Assembly (NCBI GenBank): GCA_900617105.1
Contig: UYFQ01000006.1
Location: forward strand, 62,001 to 126,000
Origin: Hydrurus foetidus
Taxonomy: Eukaryota
Direction: 5' to 3'
DNA length: 64,000 nt
Part shown: positions 45,236-55,741 of the stretch, piece after piece
Numbering within the stretch: the stretch's first letter is position 1
How the letters are laid out: every line of letters starts with the position of its first letter
The notes under the pieces: model-generated
What the model was told of the DNA's origin: nothing
The model's database searches: none
Seen by the model: the letters and a program-made list of their open reading frames with translations, nothing else
Position numbers and translations under genes: made by a program

Positions 45236-45808
45236 ATGTCTTTTTTCAAGATAGGATCCCCTGTTGCCGCTCGCAGGCTTTTTCTGGGTCAATCGGGTGG
45301 TTTAGTGCTCACGGGTGCGGCCATTGCACTCATGGCGGGCAAAGACGCCTTGGCCGCCACGGCGGGCCAGGCGGCCACGACAGATGTGCAAATTCTCAAC
45401 ACCGCCATTGGCGCTGAACTGGAAGCGATCGCTGCTTACCAGTTGGGCGCAGAAAGTGGTCTGCTGACCAAGCCGGTGCTAGAGCTGGCGCTGACCTTCC
45501 AAGGCCACCACAAAGAACACGTGGCGCTGCTGTCCAGTACCGTAGAAAAACTCGGCGGCAAGGCGGTTATTGCCAAGGCCAAATACAACTTCCCGGTGGA
45601 CCAACTCAAGTCGCAGCTGGATGTACTGAAGTTCGCGGCACAACTCGAGCGCGGTGCTGTCAGTGCCTACCTGGGCGCCGTGCCCTTGTTTGACAACCGC
45701 GACCTGTCCAAGGCTGCAGCCAGCATCTTGGGCGACGAAGCCATGCACTGGGCTGTGTTGCGCCAAGCCATTGGCGAGTCACCGGTGCCCTCGGCATTCA
45801 TGTCATGA
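45236..45808 (+). CDS. Tat-exported ferritin-like domain protein
   Basis: ARRLFL Tat-like motif; ELEAIAAY, HHKEH, LERGA, DEAMH diiron-type ligands. Confidence 0.85.
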   Translation: MSFFKIGSPVAARRLFLGQSGGLVLTGAAIALMAGKDALAATAGQAATTDVQILNTAIGAELEAIAAYQLGAESGLLTKPVLELALTFQGHHKEHVALLSSTVEKLGGKAVIAKAKYNFPVDQLKSQLDVLKFAAQLERGAVSAYLGAVPLFDNRDLSKAAASILGDEAMHWAVLRQAIGESPVPSAFMS

Positions 45809-46215
45809 GACTGGCCCGCAGTGTGCGCATGGTCGCCCTGCTGGGTGCGGGCCTGGCCAGCGCCGCATGGGCGGCCGCCCCAGCCGCACCCAACGTGGTG
45901 CGCGGCGAAGGCCTCTACAACCGTTGCTTGGCGTGCCATGCGTTGGCTTACGACCGGGTGGGCCCACGCCACTGTGGCCTGCTGGGTCGGCGCGCTGGCA
46001 GTGTGGCGGGGTTTGACTACTCGCCTGCCATGAAGCAGTCTGCGCTGGTGTGGGATGAGAAGACGCTCAACCTGTTCTTAAAGAAACCCTTAGCCTTGGT
46101 GCCAGGCAGCTCAATGACCTACGACGGCGTACCCGACGCAGCCGACCGTACAGACTTGGTCGCCTACTTGAAAGCAACCAACCAGAGTACGGCCTGCAGT
46201 CCCAAAGCCAAATAA
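45805..46215 (+). CDS. Class I cytochrome c (c2-like)
   Basis: CLACH, VGP, YSPAM, PGSSM. Confidence 0.92.
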   Translation: MRLARSVRMVALLGAGLASAAWAAAPAAPNVVRGEGLYNRCLACHALAYDRVGPRHCGLLGRRAGSVAGFDYSPAMKQSALVWDEKTLNLFLKKPLALVPGSSMTYDGVPDAADRTDLVAYLKATNQSTACSPKAK

Positions 46216-46241
46216 ATCATCTACCTAAGCGACCATTCACC

Positions 46242-46961
46242 ATGAGCCTGCACCAACTCAAACCCCTTGAAGGCCAAGTCCTGGTGGAGGGTCGCCCTCT
46301 GTCTGCGCTTATTCGTGAACGCATGGTGATGGCCAAACAGCGTTTTCACGCCAACGACAACATCAGCGATTTTTTGCAACCCGGCGAACTCGAGGGCTTG
46401 TTGGACGAAGTAGAGGGCAAGATGCAAGGTGTGCTCGACAGCCTGGTGATAGACACCAAGAGCGACCACAACACCGGCAACACCGCGCGCCGCGTGGCCA
46501 AGATGTACGTGAACGAAGTGTTCAAAGGCCGCTACCTGCCCGCACCCACCATCACCGAGTTTCCCAATGCCGAACAACTGAACGAGTTGATGATCGTGGG
46601 GCCCATCACTGTGCGCAGCGCTTGTTCGCACCATTTTTGCCCAGTCATTGGCAAGGTGTGGATCGGTGTGCTGCCCAACAAGAATACCAACGTCATTGGC
46701 CTGAGCAAATACGCTCGCTTGGCCGAGTGGGTGATGGGCCGCCCCCAGATTCAGGAAGAGGCCGTGGTGCAACTGGCCGACCTTATCCAGGCCAAAACGC
46801 AACCCGACGGCTTGGCGCTGGTGATGGAGGCCACGCACTTTTGCATGAGCTGGCGCGGGGTGAAAGACATGGACAGCAAGATGATCAATTCCGTGATGCG
46901 CGGCGCATTTTTGACCGACATGACGCTGCGCCGCGAGTTTTTGGCCTTGCTGCCTAAGTAA
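46242..46961 (+). CDS. folE: GTP cyclohydrolase I
   Basis: SACSHH, GLSKYAR, RPQIQE, HFCMSWRGV. Confidence 0.93.
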   Translation: MSLHQLKPLEGQVLVEGRPLSALIRERMVMAKQRFHANDNISDFLQPGELEGLLDEVEGKMQGVLDSLVIDTKSDHNTGNTARRVAKMYVNEVFKGRYLPAPTITEFPNAEQLNELMIVGPITVRSACSHHFCPVIGKVWIGVLPNKNTNVIGLSKYARLAEWVMGRPQIQEEAVVQLADLIQAKTQPDGLALVMEATHFCMSWRGVKDMDSKMINSVMRGAFLTDMTLRREFLALLPK

Positions 46962-47022
46962 GCCGCTGGTGAAGGGCGTATTTGAGGAAGTGACGGGTAG
47001 GGGCAAGGCTGATGTGCAAGCC

Positions 47023-47724
47023 TCACAAAGGACTGCGCTCCGACACGCCAGCATCCCCCCCTTCACCCACAGCAGCGCCTGCCCCGCGCCGCAGGTCTTG
47101 CAGCCCGAACAAGAAATCCCAAAACTGTTTGGCCTGCACCTTCAGGCGGTAGTCCGCCTGGGCGAACTGCTCTTCCACGATTTCGGTGATGCGGCTGTCC
47201 AGCGTGGCTTGGGGCACCGTCAGGTACGCCTCTGATTCGGAACCGTCGCGCTGCACCTTGGCACCGGCTTTGATGGCGATGCGCAGCATGGCGGTGTTTT
47301 CGCTCAGGGCGTGGATGAACAGCAGGTCAATGCCTTCGTTGCGGGCGTGCATCACGGCGCGGTCAAACAGGCGGCTGCCGTAGCCTTTGCCACGGGCTTT
47401 CTTGAGCACGGAGACACCGAATTCGGCGCACACCTTGTGCTGCGGGTCTTCGTTTTTGGCGAGGTGCGCCATGGCAATCATCTCTAGATTGCGGTTGTAG
47501 ATGCCAAAAATTTCGTCGCGCTCAAAGTCGAGGCCATCCACATAGCGCTGGATTTGCTCGTCCCCCGCCGCATAGCCAAAGCGCAGGTAGCGGTCTGCGG
47601 GCTCTAAATCCATAAGGTGCCGGGCAATGCGCTCACGGTGGCTGGGGCCGAGTGAGCGGATAGGCACATGGACTTTGCCGAGAACGGCAGAAGCGGCGGT
47701 AACAGGAGTGCTTGTTTCAGTCAT
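47023..47724 (-). CDS. GNAT-family acetyltransferase
   Basis: DRYLRFG, EFGVSV...RGKGYG, ENTAM. Confidence 0.85.
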   Translation of the reverse strand: MTETSTPVTAASAVLGKVHVPIRSLGPSHRERIARHLMDLEPADRYLRFGYAAGDEQIQRYVDGLDFERDEIFGIYNRNLEMIAMAHLAKNEDPQHKVCAEFGVSVLKKARGKGYGSRLFDRAVMHARNEGIDLLFIHALSENTAMLRIAIKAGAKVQRDGSESEAYLTVPQATLDSRITEIVEEQFAQADYRLKVQAKQFWDFLFGLQDLRRGAGAAVGEGGDAGVSERSPL

Positions 47725-47736
47725 AAGGCTAATATA

Positions 47737-47748
47737 AGGGTTTTCCCT
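47737..47748. promoter_or_regulatory. Short palindrome AGGG-TTTT-CCCT upstream of GNAT gene
   Basis: Dyad 12 bp upstream of the GNAT start codon. Confidence 0.35.
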
Positions 47749-47856
47749 AGTTGTTACACCCTATTACAAACCCCCCCAGGCCAAGCCCAGAGAAAACAGG
47801 GTAATCAATGCGCATTGCGTCCCATGAAGCGACGCCTTAACCCATTCCAATGGGCA

Positions 47857-48963
47857 TCACACCATCAACACAGGCTCTTGCATAGCCTCAATCTGCTGCT
47901 CCAGCATCTGCACTTGACCACGCCAGTAGTCGCTGCTGCCAAACCAGGGGAAATTGACCGGAAAAATCGGGTCTTCCCAGCGGCGGGCCAGCCATGCACT
48001 GTAGTGGATGAGGCGCAGGGTGCGCAAGGGCTCGATCAGTGCCAGCTCGTGGCGGTTGAAGTCACGGATTTGCTCGTAGCCGTCCAGCAGGGCTGACAGC
48101 TGCTGCGTGCATTCCCGGCGGTCGCCGCTCAGCAGCATCCACAGGTCTTGCACAGCAGGGCCGGTGCGGGCATCGTCCAGATCGACGAAATGCGGGCCAC
48201 CACCAGGCAACTCAGCGGGTGTCCACAGGATGTTGCCGGGGTGGCAGTCACCGTGGAGGCGGATGTTTTGAATTTTTGAATCAAATTGTGCTTTACCGCT
48301 TACACCTAGAGCGCTGGCAGCTATCAACTCAAGAGCGTTTTTGTACGCCACTTGCCACGCACTTTGCACATCCAGGGGAATCATCTCGTGCGTCAGCAGC
48401 CAATCGGCGGATTCAATGGCGAAGGTGGCGATGTCCAGCGCGGGGCGGTGGACGAAGGGCTGGGCCGCGCCCACGGTGTGGATACGGGCGAGGAAGCGGC
48501 CAATCCACTCCAGCACCTCAAAATCGTCCAACTCAGGGCGGCGGCCACCACGCCGAGGGCTGACCGAGAACGAAAACCCCCCAAACTGGTGCAACGTTTC
48601 GCCTTGCAAGCGGAGTGGGCCAATGACGGGAATGTCCGCCGCCATCAGCTCAGCGGCGAAGCCGTGTTCTTCAAGAATTTGCGCTGGCGTCCAGCGGTTG
48701 GGGCGGTAGAACTTGAGGACGACGGCATCGAGGGCATTGGCCAGTGCGCCCTGCGTGCCATCCGCGCCACCCTCTTCCAGGTGCGCGAGGTAAACCCGGT
48801 TTTCGTAGGAGCTGAGCGCCATCAGCCGCCCATCAGCGTGCAAACCGACGCTGGCAAGGGCATCGACCACCACGTCGGGCGACAAGACCTCGTAGGGGTG
48901 GCGGGCGTTGGGGGAACTTGGGAAATGGGGGGCGGCGCTGGAGGATGAGGAAACAGAGGTCAT
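47857..48963 (-). CDS. srkA: Stress response kinase SrkA/RdoA (YihE)
   Basis: SYENRVY, KFYRP, RLHGDCHPGNILW, VDLDD, QDLWMLL. Confidence 0.93.
   Translation of the reverse strand: MTSVSSSSSAAPHFPSSPNARHPYEVLSPDVVVDALASVGLHADGRLMALSSYENRVYLAHLEEGGADGTQGALANALDAVVLKFYRPNRWTPAQILEEHGFAAELMAADIPVIGPLRLQGETLHQFGGFSFSVSPRRGGRRPELDDFEVLEWIGRFLARIHTVGAAQPFVHRPALDIATFAIESADWLLTHEMIPLDVQSAWQVAYKNALELIAASALGVSGKAQFDSKIQNIRLHGDCHPGNILWTPAELPGGGPHFVDLDDARTGPAVQDLWMLLSGDRRECTQQLSALLDGYEQIRDFNRHELALIEPLRTLRLIHYSAWLARRWEDPIFPVNFPWFGSSDYWRGQVQMLEQQIEAMQEPVLMV
48283..48337 (-). repeat. 55-bp coding-embedded motif copy (sense in srkA)
   Basis: minus: cgctc ttgagttga tagc tgcca gcgc tctaggtgtaa gcgg taaa gcac aattt. 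Confidence 0.8.
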
Positions 48964-49016
48964 GGGCGATTGTCGCGCCATGCACCTTGGGGTGCTGAAA
49001 CCTTACTGAATACAGC

Positions 49017-50216
49017 CTACGTCACCCCACTGGCCTTGAGCGCGGCCAACCGCTCAGCGCTCAGCCCCAGCAGGTCGCTCAGCACCTCGGACGTGCCCTC
49101 GCCCAGCACGGGTGGGGCCAAGCGCACGGGCAGGCGTTCGCCGTTCAGCTTGTACGGTGGGGCCAACACATGGGTGCTGCCGGCCACGGGGTGGGGCTGT
49201 TTGGTGACCAAACCACTGGCCACGGCACGCTCAGAAGTCATCGCCTCGTACAGGCCCAGCACCTCACCGCAGGGAATGCCCGCCTTGGCCAGACGTGCCA
49301 ACAGCAGAGCGCGTGTGCGGGATTTGAGCTCAGCCAGGATGACGGGCACCAGCACATCCCGGTTGGCACCGCGCACCACGTTGGTTTTGAAGCGTTCGTC
49401 GTCGGCCAGATCAGGGCGGTCGATCACCTCGCGGCAAAAGCGCTCAAACTGCTTGTTGTTGCCCACCGTGATGACCAGGGGGCCGTCGGCGGCATCGAAC
49501 ACGCCGTAAGGCACGATGGACGGGTGCGCGTTGCCGTAGCGCAGCGGGTCTTTTTCCATCAGCAGGGCTTCGAGGCCGTAGTAGGCGGTAATCATCAAAC
49601 CGCAGTCAAACAGCGCCATCTCGATGTGTTTGCCTTTGCCGGTTTTTTGGCGCTCGAACAAAGCGGCCAACACGGCTTGGGCGGCGTACATGCCGGTGAA
49701 CAAATCGACGGCGGCCACGCCAAATTTGAGGGGCGGTTGCTCTGCGGTGCCGTTCATCGCCATCAAACCGGCTTCGCCTTGGATCACCAAGTCATAACCG
49801 GGCCGCGCGGCTTCTGAGCCGTGGCGGTCGTAGCCCGAGACGGAGCAGTAAATGATGTCGGGTTTGATGGCTTTGAGCTGCGCATAGCCCAGGCCCATTT
49901 TTTCGACACCACCGAACTTGAAGTTCTGGATCACAACGTCGCACTGCAAAGCCAAATCACGGGCGATTTGCTGGCCATCTTGGGTTTGCAGATCGAGCGT
50001 GACAGAGCGTTTGTTGCGGTTGACGCTGTTGAAATAGGCGGTCTCGGTGTTGCCAACGCGCAAGCCCCAGTCGCGGGTGTCGTCGCCGCGCTCGGGGTGC
50101 TCAAGCTTGATGACTTCAGCGCCAAAGTCGCCCAGCACCATGCCGCACCAGGGGCCAGCAAGCACGCGGGAAAGGTCGAGGACGCGGATGCCGTCCAGAG
50201 GAAGTGTCGTGGTCAT
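49017..50216 (-). CDS. Class III CoA-transferase (CaiB/BaiF)
   Basis: LDLSRVLAGP, NRNKRS, GYDLVIQ. Confidence 0.95.
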   Translation of the reverse strand: MTTTLPLDGIRVLDLSRVLAGPWCGMVLGDFGAEVIKLEHPERGDDTRDWGLRVGNTETAYFNSVNRNKRSVTLDLQTQDGQQIARDLALQCDVVIQNFKFGGVEKMGLGYAQLKAIKPDIIYCSVSGYDRHGSEAARPGYDLVIQGEAGLMAMNGTAEQPPLKFGVAAVDLFTGMYAAQAVLAALFERQKTGKGKHIEMALFDCGLMITAYYGLEALLMEKDPLRYGNAHPSIVPYGVFDAADGPLVITVGNNKQFERFCREVIDRPDLADDERFKTNVVRGANRDVLVPVILAELKSRTRALLLARLAKAGIPCGEVLGLYEAMTSERAVASGLVTKQPHPVAGSTHVLAPPYKLNGERLPVRLAPPVLGEGTSEVLSDLLGLSAERLAALKASGVT

Positions 50217-50245
50217 GGCTTGCTCTCTTTGCGTTTCAATCGGGT

Positions 50246-51427
50246 TCAGTAAATTTCAAACAGGCCCGCAGCCCCCATGCCCCCGGCGATGCACATCGTG
50301 ACCACGGCGTATTTGACTTTGCGGCGGCGGCCTTCGATCAGCACATGGCCGGCCAACCGGGCACCGGTCATGCCAAACGGGTGACCAATGGAGACAGCAC
50401 CGCCGTTGACGTTCAAACGCTCGTCCGGAATGCCCAGTTTTTGCTGGCAGTAAATCGACTGCGAGGCGAAAGCTTCGTTCAACTCCCACAGACCAATGTC
50501 GTCCACCGTCAGACCGTGGCGAGCCAACAGCTTGGGCACGGCGAACACCGGACCGATGCCCATTTCGTCAGGCTCGCAACCGGCGACGGCCATGCCCCGG
50601 AACGCACCCAGCGGCTGCAGCCCCAAGCGCGATGCCTCGGCCGCTTCCATCATCACGCAGGCACTGGCCCCGTCGGCCAGCTGCGAGGCGTTGCCAGCGG
50701 TGACGAAGTTGCCCGGCCCGCTGACGGGCGACAACTTGGCCAGCGCCTCGTAAGTGGTGCCCCGGCGGTTGCAGTTGTCTTCCGACACGGTGACTTCGCG
50801 GCGGGTCACAACCTTGGTTTCTTTGTCCGTCACAGCCATCGTGGTGGTGCAAGCGATGATTTCGTCTTTGTAGCGGCCCTCCAACTGCGCGGCCTCGGTT
50901 TTGCGCTGGCTTTCCGCAGAAAAGCGGTCTTGCGCTTCACGGCTGATGTTGTAACGCTGGGCCACGATGTCGGCGGTGGCGATCATCGACAGGTACAGCT
51001 CAGGCTTGTGTTCGACGATCCACGGGTCCATGCCGGTGTCGCCGTCTTCACGGGTGCGGATGGACGAGATGCTTTCCACGCCGCCCGCGATCATGGCCGG
51101 TGCGCCGTCCACCACGATGCGGCCCGCCGCGATGGCGATGGCTTGCAGGCCCGAGGCGCAAAAACGGTTCACCGTGGTGCCCGCGATCGACAGCGGCAAG
51201 CCCGCACGGATGATGCTCTGGCGCGCCACATTGCGCCCCGTGGTGCCCTCGGGGTAGCCGCAGCCGAGGATGGCATCTTCGATCATGGCCGGGTCAATGC
51301 CCGAGCGCTCGACCGCCGCACGCACCGCAAAAGCCGCCAGCGTGGGGCCGGGCGTAACGTTGAATTCGCCCCGGTGGGATTTGGTCAAAGGGGTACGGGC
51401 GGTGGATACGATGACGGCTTCGCGCAT
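50246..51427 (-). CDS. Acetyl-CoA C-acyltransferase (thiolase)
   Basis: NRFCASG, NEAF, GHPFG, CIAGG; start ATG 51427. Confidence 0.95.
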   Translation of the reverse strand: MREAVIVSTARTPLTKSHRGEFNVTPGPTLAAFAVRAAVERSGIDPAMIEDAILGCGYPEGTTGRNVARQSIIRAGLPLSIAGTTVNRFCASGLQAIAIAAGRIVVDGAPAMIAGGVESISSIRTREDGDTGMDPWIVEHKPELYLSMIATADIVAQRYNISREAQDRFSAESQRKTEAAQLEGRYKDEIIACTTTMAVTDKETKVVTRREVTVSEDNCNRRGTTYEALAKLSPVSGPGNFVTAGNASQLADGASACVMMEAAEASRLGLQPLGAFRGMAVAGCEPDEMGIGPVFAVPKLLARHGLTVDDIGLWELNEAFASQSIYCQQKLGIPDERLNVNGGAVSIGHPFGMTGARLAGHVLIEGRRRKVKYAVVTMCIAGGMGAAGLFEIY

Positions 51428-51541
51428 GGTTGTCTTTCTTGGGAGGTCTGGGGAGAGGAAAGGGGTCTGAAATAACCCCTTATTTAACAATTTCTGAGGG
51501 CTTCGCGCTGTGCTTGAGGCGACTGCGACTGCATCAGCGGT

Positions 51542-51946
51542 TCACGCCTTCGCCGCCCCATCCACCACCTCAGCCGCTGAGCGGAAGGCGTCCACCGCTG
51601 CGGGCACGCCGCAGTAGATGCTGGCGTGGAGCAGCACCTCTTGGATTTCCTCGACCGTGGCCCCGTTGTTCAACGCACCGCGCACATGGCCTTTGAGTTC
51701 GTGCTGCTTACCTAAAGCGGTCAGCATCGCCACGGTGATGAGGCTGCGGGTTTTCAAATCCAGGCCTTCGCGTTGCCACACGTCACCCCAGGCGTTGCGG
51801 GTGATGTACTGCTGCATAGGCATGGTGAATTCGGTGGCGCGGCCCAAAGCATTGGCCACGAAATCTTCGCCCATGACTTGCTTGCGCCGGGCCAAGCCTT
51901 TGTCGTAGTCTTTGTGGATATCAAGGCTATTTGCAGGGGTGTTCAT
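51542..51946 (-). CDS. Carboxymuconolactone decarboxylase family protein
   Basis: AWGDVW, RSLITVAML, HVRGALNNG, IYCGVPA. Confidence 0.9.
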   Translation of the reverse strand: MNTPANSLDIHKDYDKGLARRKQVMGEDFVANALGRATEFTMPMQQYITRNAWGDVWQREGLDLKTRSLITVAMLTALGKQHELKGHVRGALNNGATVEEIQEVLLHASIYCGVPAAVDAFRSAAEVVDGAAKA

Positions 51947-52008
51947 GGCGTTTTTCCTTTAAAAAAGCACAAGGATAACGAAGGCAAGATCCGCATCTTC
52001 ATTTCCAC

Positions 52009-52037
52009 TTGCCAAGAATAAAAGTTTGCCCTAAACT
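52009..52037 (+). promoter_or_regulatory. Putative sigma70 promoter of the catabolic operon
   Basis: TTGCCA-N17-TAAACT in the AT-rich divergent intergenic region. Confidence 0.5.
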
Positions 52038-52080
52038 GAGTCTAATTAAGAAAGTGAATAAAAAATTGGAGACAAGCCCT

Positions 52081-52569
52081 ATGCACAACCTGCCTTCGCA
52101 GTGCCCACCCTCGCTGCCCGCCAATGCCCTGCAAGGCACCTGGCATTTGCTTCGATGGGAGATCAGCTATGGAGATAACCGGCCTATCACCCTGCCCTAC
52201 GGCGACGGTGCAACCGGTTTAATCCAGTACACCGATGATGGTTGGATGAGCGCCAGCATTGCACGCAGCAACCGGAGCCAACTATCGAGCGACAGCATGC
52301 GCCGCGCACCTGCAGCCGAGCGGCTGGCAGCGTTTGAGAGCTACTTTCAGTACGCCGGGCCCTATGTGGTACGCATGAATAACGGTCGACAGCAGGTGGT
52401 GCACAGCGTCACCCATGCGCTGAACCCCAATTTCGTCGGTACGCAGCAGATCCGTAACATGAACTTTGATGATCAGGGCGATCTCACGCTGTCAGCATCA
52501 GACACCGTACCGGGCACGACCGTGGCGCGGCACCACAGTCTGATGTGGACACGCAGGAGCCCAGCATGA
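52081..52569 (+). CDS. Lipocalin-like domain protein
   Basis: LQGTWHL, PYG...GLIQYT.DGWMS, YAGPY; RBS GGAG. Confidence 0.8.
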   Translation: MHNLPSQCPPSLPANALQGTWHLLRWEISYGDNRPITLPYGDGATGLIQYTDDGWMSASIARSNRSQLSSDSMRRAPAAERLAAFESYFQYAGPYVVRMNNGRQQVVHSVTHALNPNFVGTQQIRNMNFDDQGDLTLSASDTVPGTTVARHHSLMWTRRSPA

Positions 52570-54290
52570 GCACCCATCCACTGTTCGAAAAGCACCGCGC
52601 CATCTTCGAGCGTGCCCAACGGGCTTGCCGCGAACGCCACTGCTGGAGTCCGTTCCCCGAGATGCCTTCCAAATACCCGGACACTGCAGTCGCGCAGTCA
52701 ACCGGTCTGGCAGCCTTCAATGCCCATCTTGACCGCCACTTTGCGCTGGATCAGCCCGGCACCGTCGGGGAGCTTGGTGAGGAGGTCTCGCCGTATACGC
52801 AGACCTCGCTGAACATCCGCTACACGCAAGCCAATGTGGACACGCTCTTCACTGCCGCCACGCAGGCCATGCCTTCCTGGGCCGCCGCCAGCATCAGCGC
52901 CCGCACTGGCGTGCTGATGGAGGTCATCGACGTGCTCTACCGTGAGCACCTGTTCGAGATCGCCAACGCCGTGATGCATACAGCTGGGCAAAGCTTCAAC
53001 ATGGCCTATGCCGGCTCCGGCGTGAACGCGCTGGACCGGGGCATCGAGGCGCTGGTTTACGCCCACCAAGCGATGACCGCCGTTACACCCAACGCCCGTT
53101 GGGAACGCCAGTTTGGCACTGCCACCATTGCGCTGAACAAAACCTACCGGCTCGTTCCCCGTGGTGTGGCGGTCTGCTTCAGTTGCGCCAGCTTCCCCAC
53201 TTGGAACGCCTGGCCGTCGATGATGGCGAGCCTGGCCACCGGCAACGCGGTGATCGTGAAACCCCACCCCGCCACCGTGCTGCCAATGGCGATCACCGTA
53301 CGCGTGTTCCGCCAGGTGCTGGCCGCTGCGGGCTTTGATGCCAACCTGGTCTCCATGGCGCTGGACAGCGCTGCCGAGCCGCTGGGCAAGGTGCTGGTCA
53401 AACATCCCCAAACCGCCATCGTCGATTTCACTGGTGGCGTGCGCTTTGGCCAGTGGGTCGAGCAGAACGCCCACCCGGCCCTCTGCTTCACCGAAACCGC
53501 CGGCTGCAACACTGTGGTGCTGGAATCGACCGACGACCTGGATACCGCGCTGCGCAGCTTGGCCACCACGCTGTGCATGTTCAGTGCGCAAATGTGCACC
53601 AGCCCGCAAAACATCTATGTCCCCGCCGCCGGGGTGAAAACACCTGCGGGCACGGTGCCGCTCGACGAAGTCGCCCACCGCCTGGCCGACGCTGTGCGGG
53701 CCTTGACCAGGGAGCCTAAAAAAGCCGCGATGATCCTCGCAACTGTCCAGTCCGACACCACGCTGGCCCTGCTGCTGCAACTGCAGGCCGAAGGCGCGCA
53801 GCGCGGCAAAGTACTGCTTCAGCCTCAAGCCTATCCTCATCCCGATCATCCCCAGGCCCGCACCAGCACCCCGCTGATGCTGCAAGTCAGCAAGGCCGAG
53901 CGCGACCTGTATGGCGAGGAGCGCTTCGGCCCTATCAGTTTCGTGATCGCCTGTGACGACGCTGCCGACGCACTGCGCCAGGCCACCACCGACGTGAAGC
54001 AGTTCGGCGGATTGACGGCCTTCCTGTATTCGACAGATGAAAGCTTCATCACCGAAGCCGAATCCCGCTACGCCCACGCCGGTGCCCAGCTCACCATCAA
54101 CCTGACCGGCCCGATGCCGCTGAACTTCGCTGCGGCGTACAGCGACTACCACGTCACCGGACTTAACCCCGCAGGCAACGCCAGCCTGACCGACCTGGCC
54201 TTCGTCGCCAGCCGCTTTCGCATCGTGCAGTCACGACGGCCTGCATTGACTGATTCCCCCTCACAACAAGGAGCACTTCATGGGCATTAA
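52566..54290 (+). CDS. PaaN-like aldehyde dehydrogenase
   Basis: FPTWN, VKPHP, DFTG, TETAG, QMCTSPQN, EERFGP, SDYHVTGLNPAGNA. Confidence 0.85.
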   Translation: MSTHPLFEKHRAIFERAQRACRERHCWSPFPEMPSKYPDTAVAQSTGLAAFNAHLDRHFALDQPGTVGELGEEVSPYTQTSLNIRYTQANVDTLFTAATQAMPSWAAASISARTGVLMEVIDVLYREHLFEIANAVMHTAGQSFNMAYAGSGVNALDRGIEALVYAHQAMTAVTPNARWERQFGTATIALNKTYRLVPRGVAVCFSCASFPTWNAWPSMMASLATGNAVIVKPHPATVLPMAITVRVFRQVLAAAGFDANLVSMALDSAAEPLGKVLVKHPQTAIVDFTGGVRFGQWVEQNAHPALCFTETAGCNTVVLESTDDLDTALRSLATTLCMFSAQMCTSPQNIYVPAAGVKTPAGTVPLDEVAHRLADAVRALTREPKKAAMILATVQSDTTLALLLQLQAEGAQRGKVLLQPQAYPHPDHPQARTSTPLMLQVSKAERDLYGEERFGPISFVIACDDAADALRQATTDVKQFGGLTAFLYSTDESFITEAESRYAHAGAQLTINLTGPMPLNFAAAYSDYHVTGLNPAGNASLTDLAFVASRFRIVQSRRPALTDSPSQQGALHGH

Positions 54291-55725
54291 CGAGATTCCT
54301 GTTCTGCAAGGCGGCTTTGCGCCGATTGAGCAAGAGCTGACGATGGACTTGACCGACATCGAAGGCGAGGTGCCGAAAGACCTCAACGGCATGTACGTGC
54401 GCAACGGGCCGAACCGCAAGTTCGAGGCACCGGGCCGCTACCACTGGTTTGATGGCGACGGCATGCTGCACGCGGTACGCTTTGAGGGCGGGCGCGTGCA
54501 GTACCAGAACCGTTGGGTAATGACGGACAGCTTGCGTGAGGAGGTGGTGGCCGGTGCCGCGCTGTGGCAAGGCATCAAAGACCCGCCGCGCAAGGATCGG
54601 CCCGACATGCCCATCAAAAACACCTCCAATACCGACGTGAAGTTCTACGCTGGCAACCTGGTGTCGATGTGGTATCTGGGCGGCTCGGTCTACCAGGTTC
54701 GCCCTGGCGATCTGTCCACCGTAGGCAAGCTGGCGTTTGATCCGCGCATGAAAGACCTGCCGGTTTCAGCCCACTCCAAGGTGGACGAGCGTACCGGTGA
54801 ATTCCTGTTCTTCGCCTACGGCAAAGAAGCGCCCTACATGCACTATGGCGTGATGGACCGCTTGGGTGCGCTCAAGACCTTTATGCCGGTTCAGCTGCCC
54901 GGCCCACGCCTCCCGCACGACATGGCGATCACGCCGAACTACACCATCGTGCATGACCTGCCGCTGTTCTACGACATGGATGCGTTTGCCGCAGGACGCC
55001 ACAAGCTGAAGTTCCATCACACGCTGCCTTCGCGCTTTGGCGTGATCCCGCGCCACGGCACGCCGGAGCAGATCCGCTGGTTCGAGGCCAAACCGACCTA
55101 CATGTACCACGTGTCGAATGCGTGGGAAGAGGACGACGGCCAAGGTGGCACCGAGATCGTGATGACCGGCACGCCCTTTCGCCTGCCGCGCGATGTCCGG
55201 GGTGTACTGGACGTGGAGCGTTTCCCCAAGATGCTGGCCAACCTAGAACATGACTTCATGTTCTACGAATGGCGCTTCAACCTGCGCACCGGCCAGACCA
55301 AAGAGCGCGTGATTGACGACATCGTGAACCAGGAATTTCCCGTCATCAATTCATGGATGCAGGGCTACAAGACCCGCTACTCGTGGAACGTGCTGATGGG
55401 TCGACTGAACCAGGCCGAAGACCCGCGCTTTTGCGGCTTCGCCCGTTACGACCTTGAACGCGATACCTGTACCACCTACCACGCCGGGGTTCACAAATGG
55501 TTCAGCGAAGCGCCATTCGCGCCCAAGGACAACTGGAAAGAAGAGGACGATGGCTACCTGGTCGGCTTCATGTGGGACGACCAGAAAAAGGCCTCGTTCG
55601 TCACGGTGTTTGATGCCAAGGACATCGCCAAGGGGCCGGTCGCCAAGATACGCATGCCGCAGCGCGTACCCAATGGCTTCCACGCCACCTGGGTAAGTGC
55701 CGAACGCCTCTCCAGAGGTTACTGA
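54280..55725 (+). CDS. Carotenoid/stilbene cleavage oxygenase family (RPE65 superfamily)
   Basis: RNGPN, HWFDGDGMLH; four Fe-ligand His in SAH, PHD, YH, GFH; EFP, SEAPF, EDDGYL. Confidence 0.92.
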   Translation: MGINEIPVLQGGFAPIEQELTMDLTDIEGEVPKDLNGMYVRNGPNRKFEAPGRYHWFDGDGMLHAVRFEGGRVQYQNRWVMTDSLREEVVAGAALWQGIKDPPRKDRPDMPIKNTSNTDVKFYAGNLVSMWYLGGSVYQVRPGDLSTVGKLAFDPRMKDLPVSAHSKVDERTGEFLFFAYGKEAPYMHYGVMDRLGALKTFMPVQLPGPRLPHDMAITPNYTIVHDLPLFYDMDAFAAGRHKLKFHHTLPSRFGVIPRHGTPEQIRWFEAKPTYMYHVSNAWEEDDGQGGTEIVMTGTPFRLPRDVRGVLDVERFPKMLANLEHDFMFYEWRFNLRTGQTKERVIDDIVNQEFPVINSWMQGYKTRYSWNVLMGRLNQAEDPRFCGFARYDLERDTCTTYHAGVHKWFSEAPFAPKDNWKEEDDGYLVGFMWDDQKKASFVTVFDAKDIAKGPVAKIRMPQRVPNGFHATWVSAERLSRGY

Positions 55726-55741
55726 TTGTGCAGGAGCAGCT

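Noticed and set aside
52566..54290. Calling the cluster a phenylacetate (paa) pathway
   Set aside because: No paaABCDE, paaG or paaK-like genes in the window
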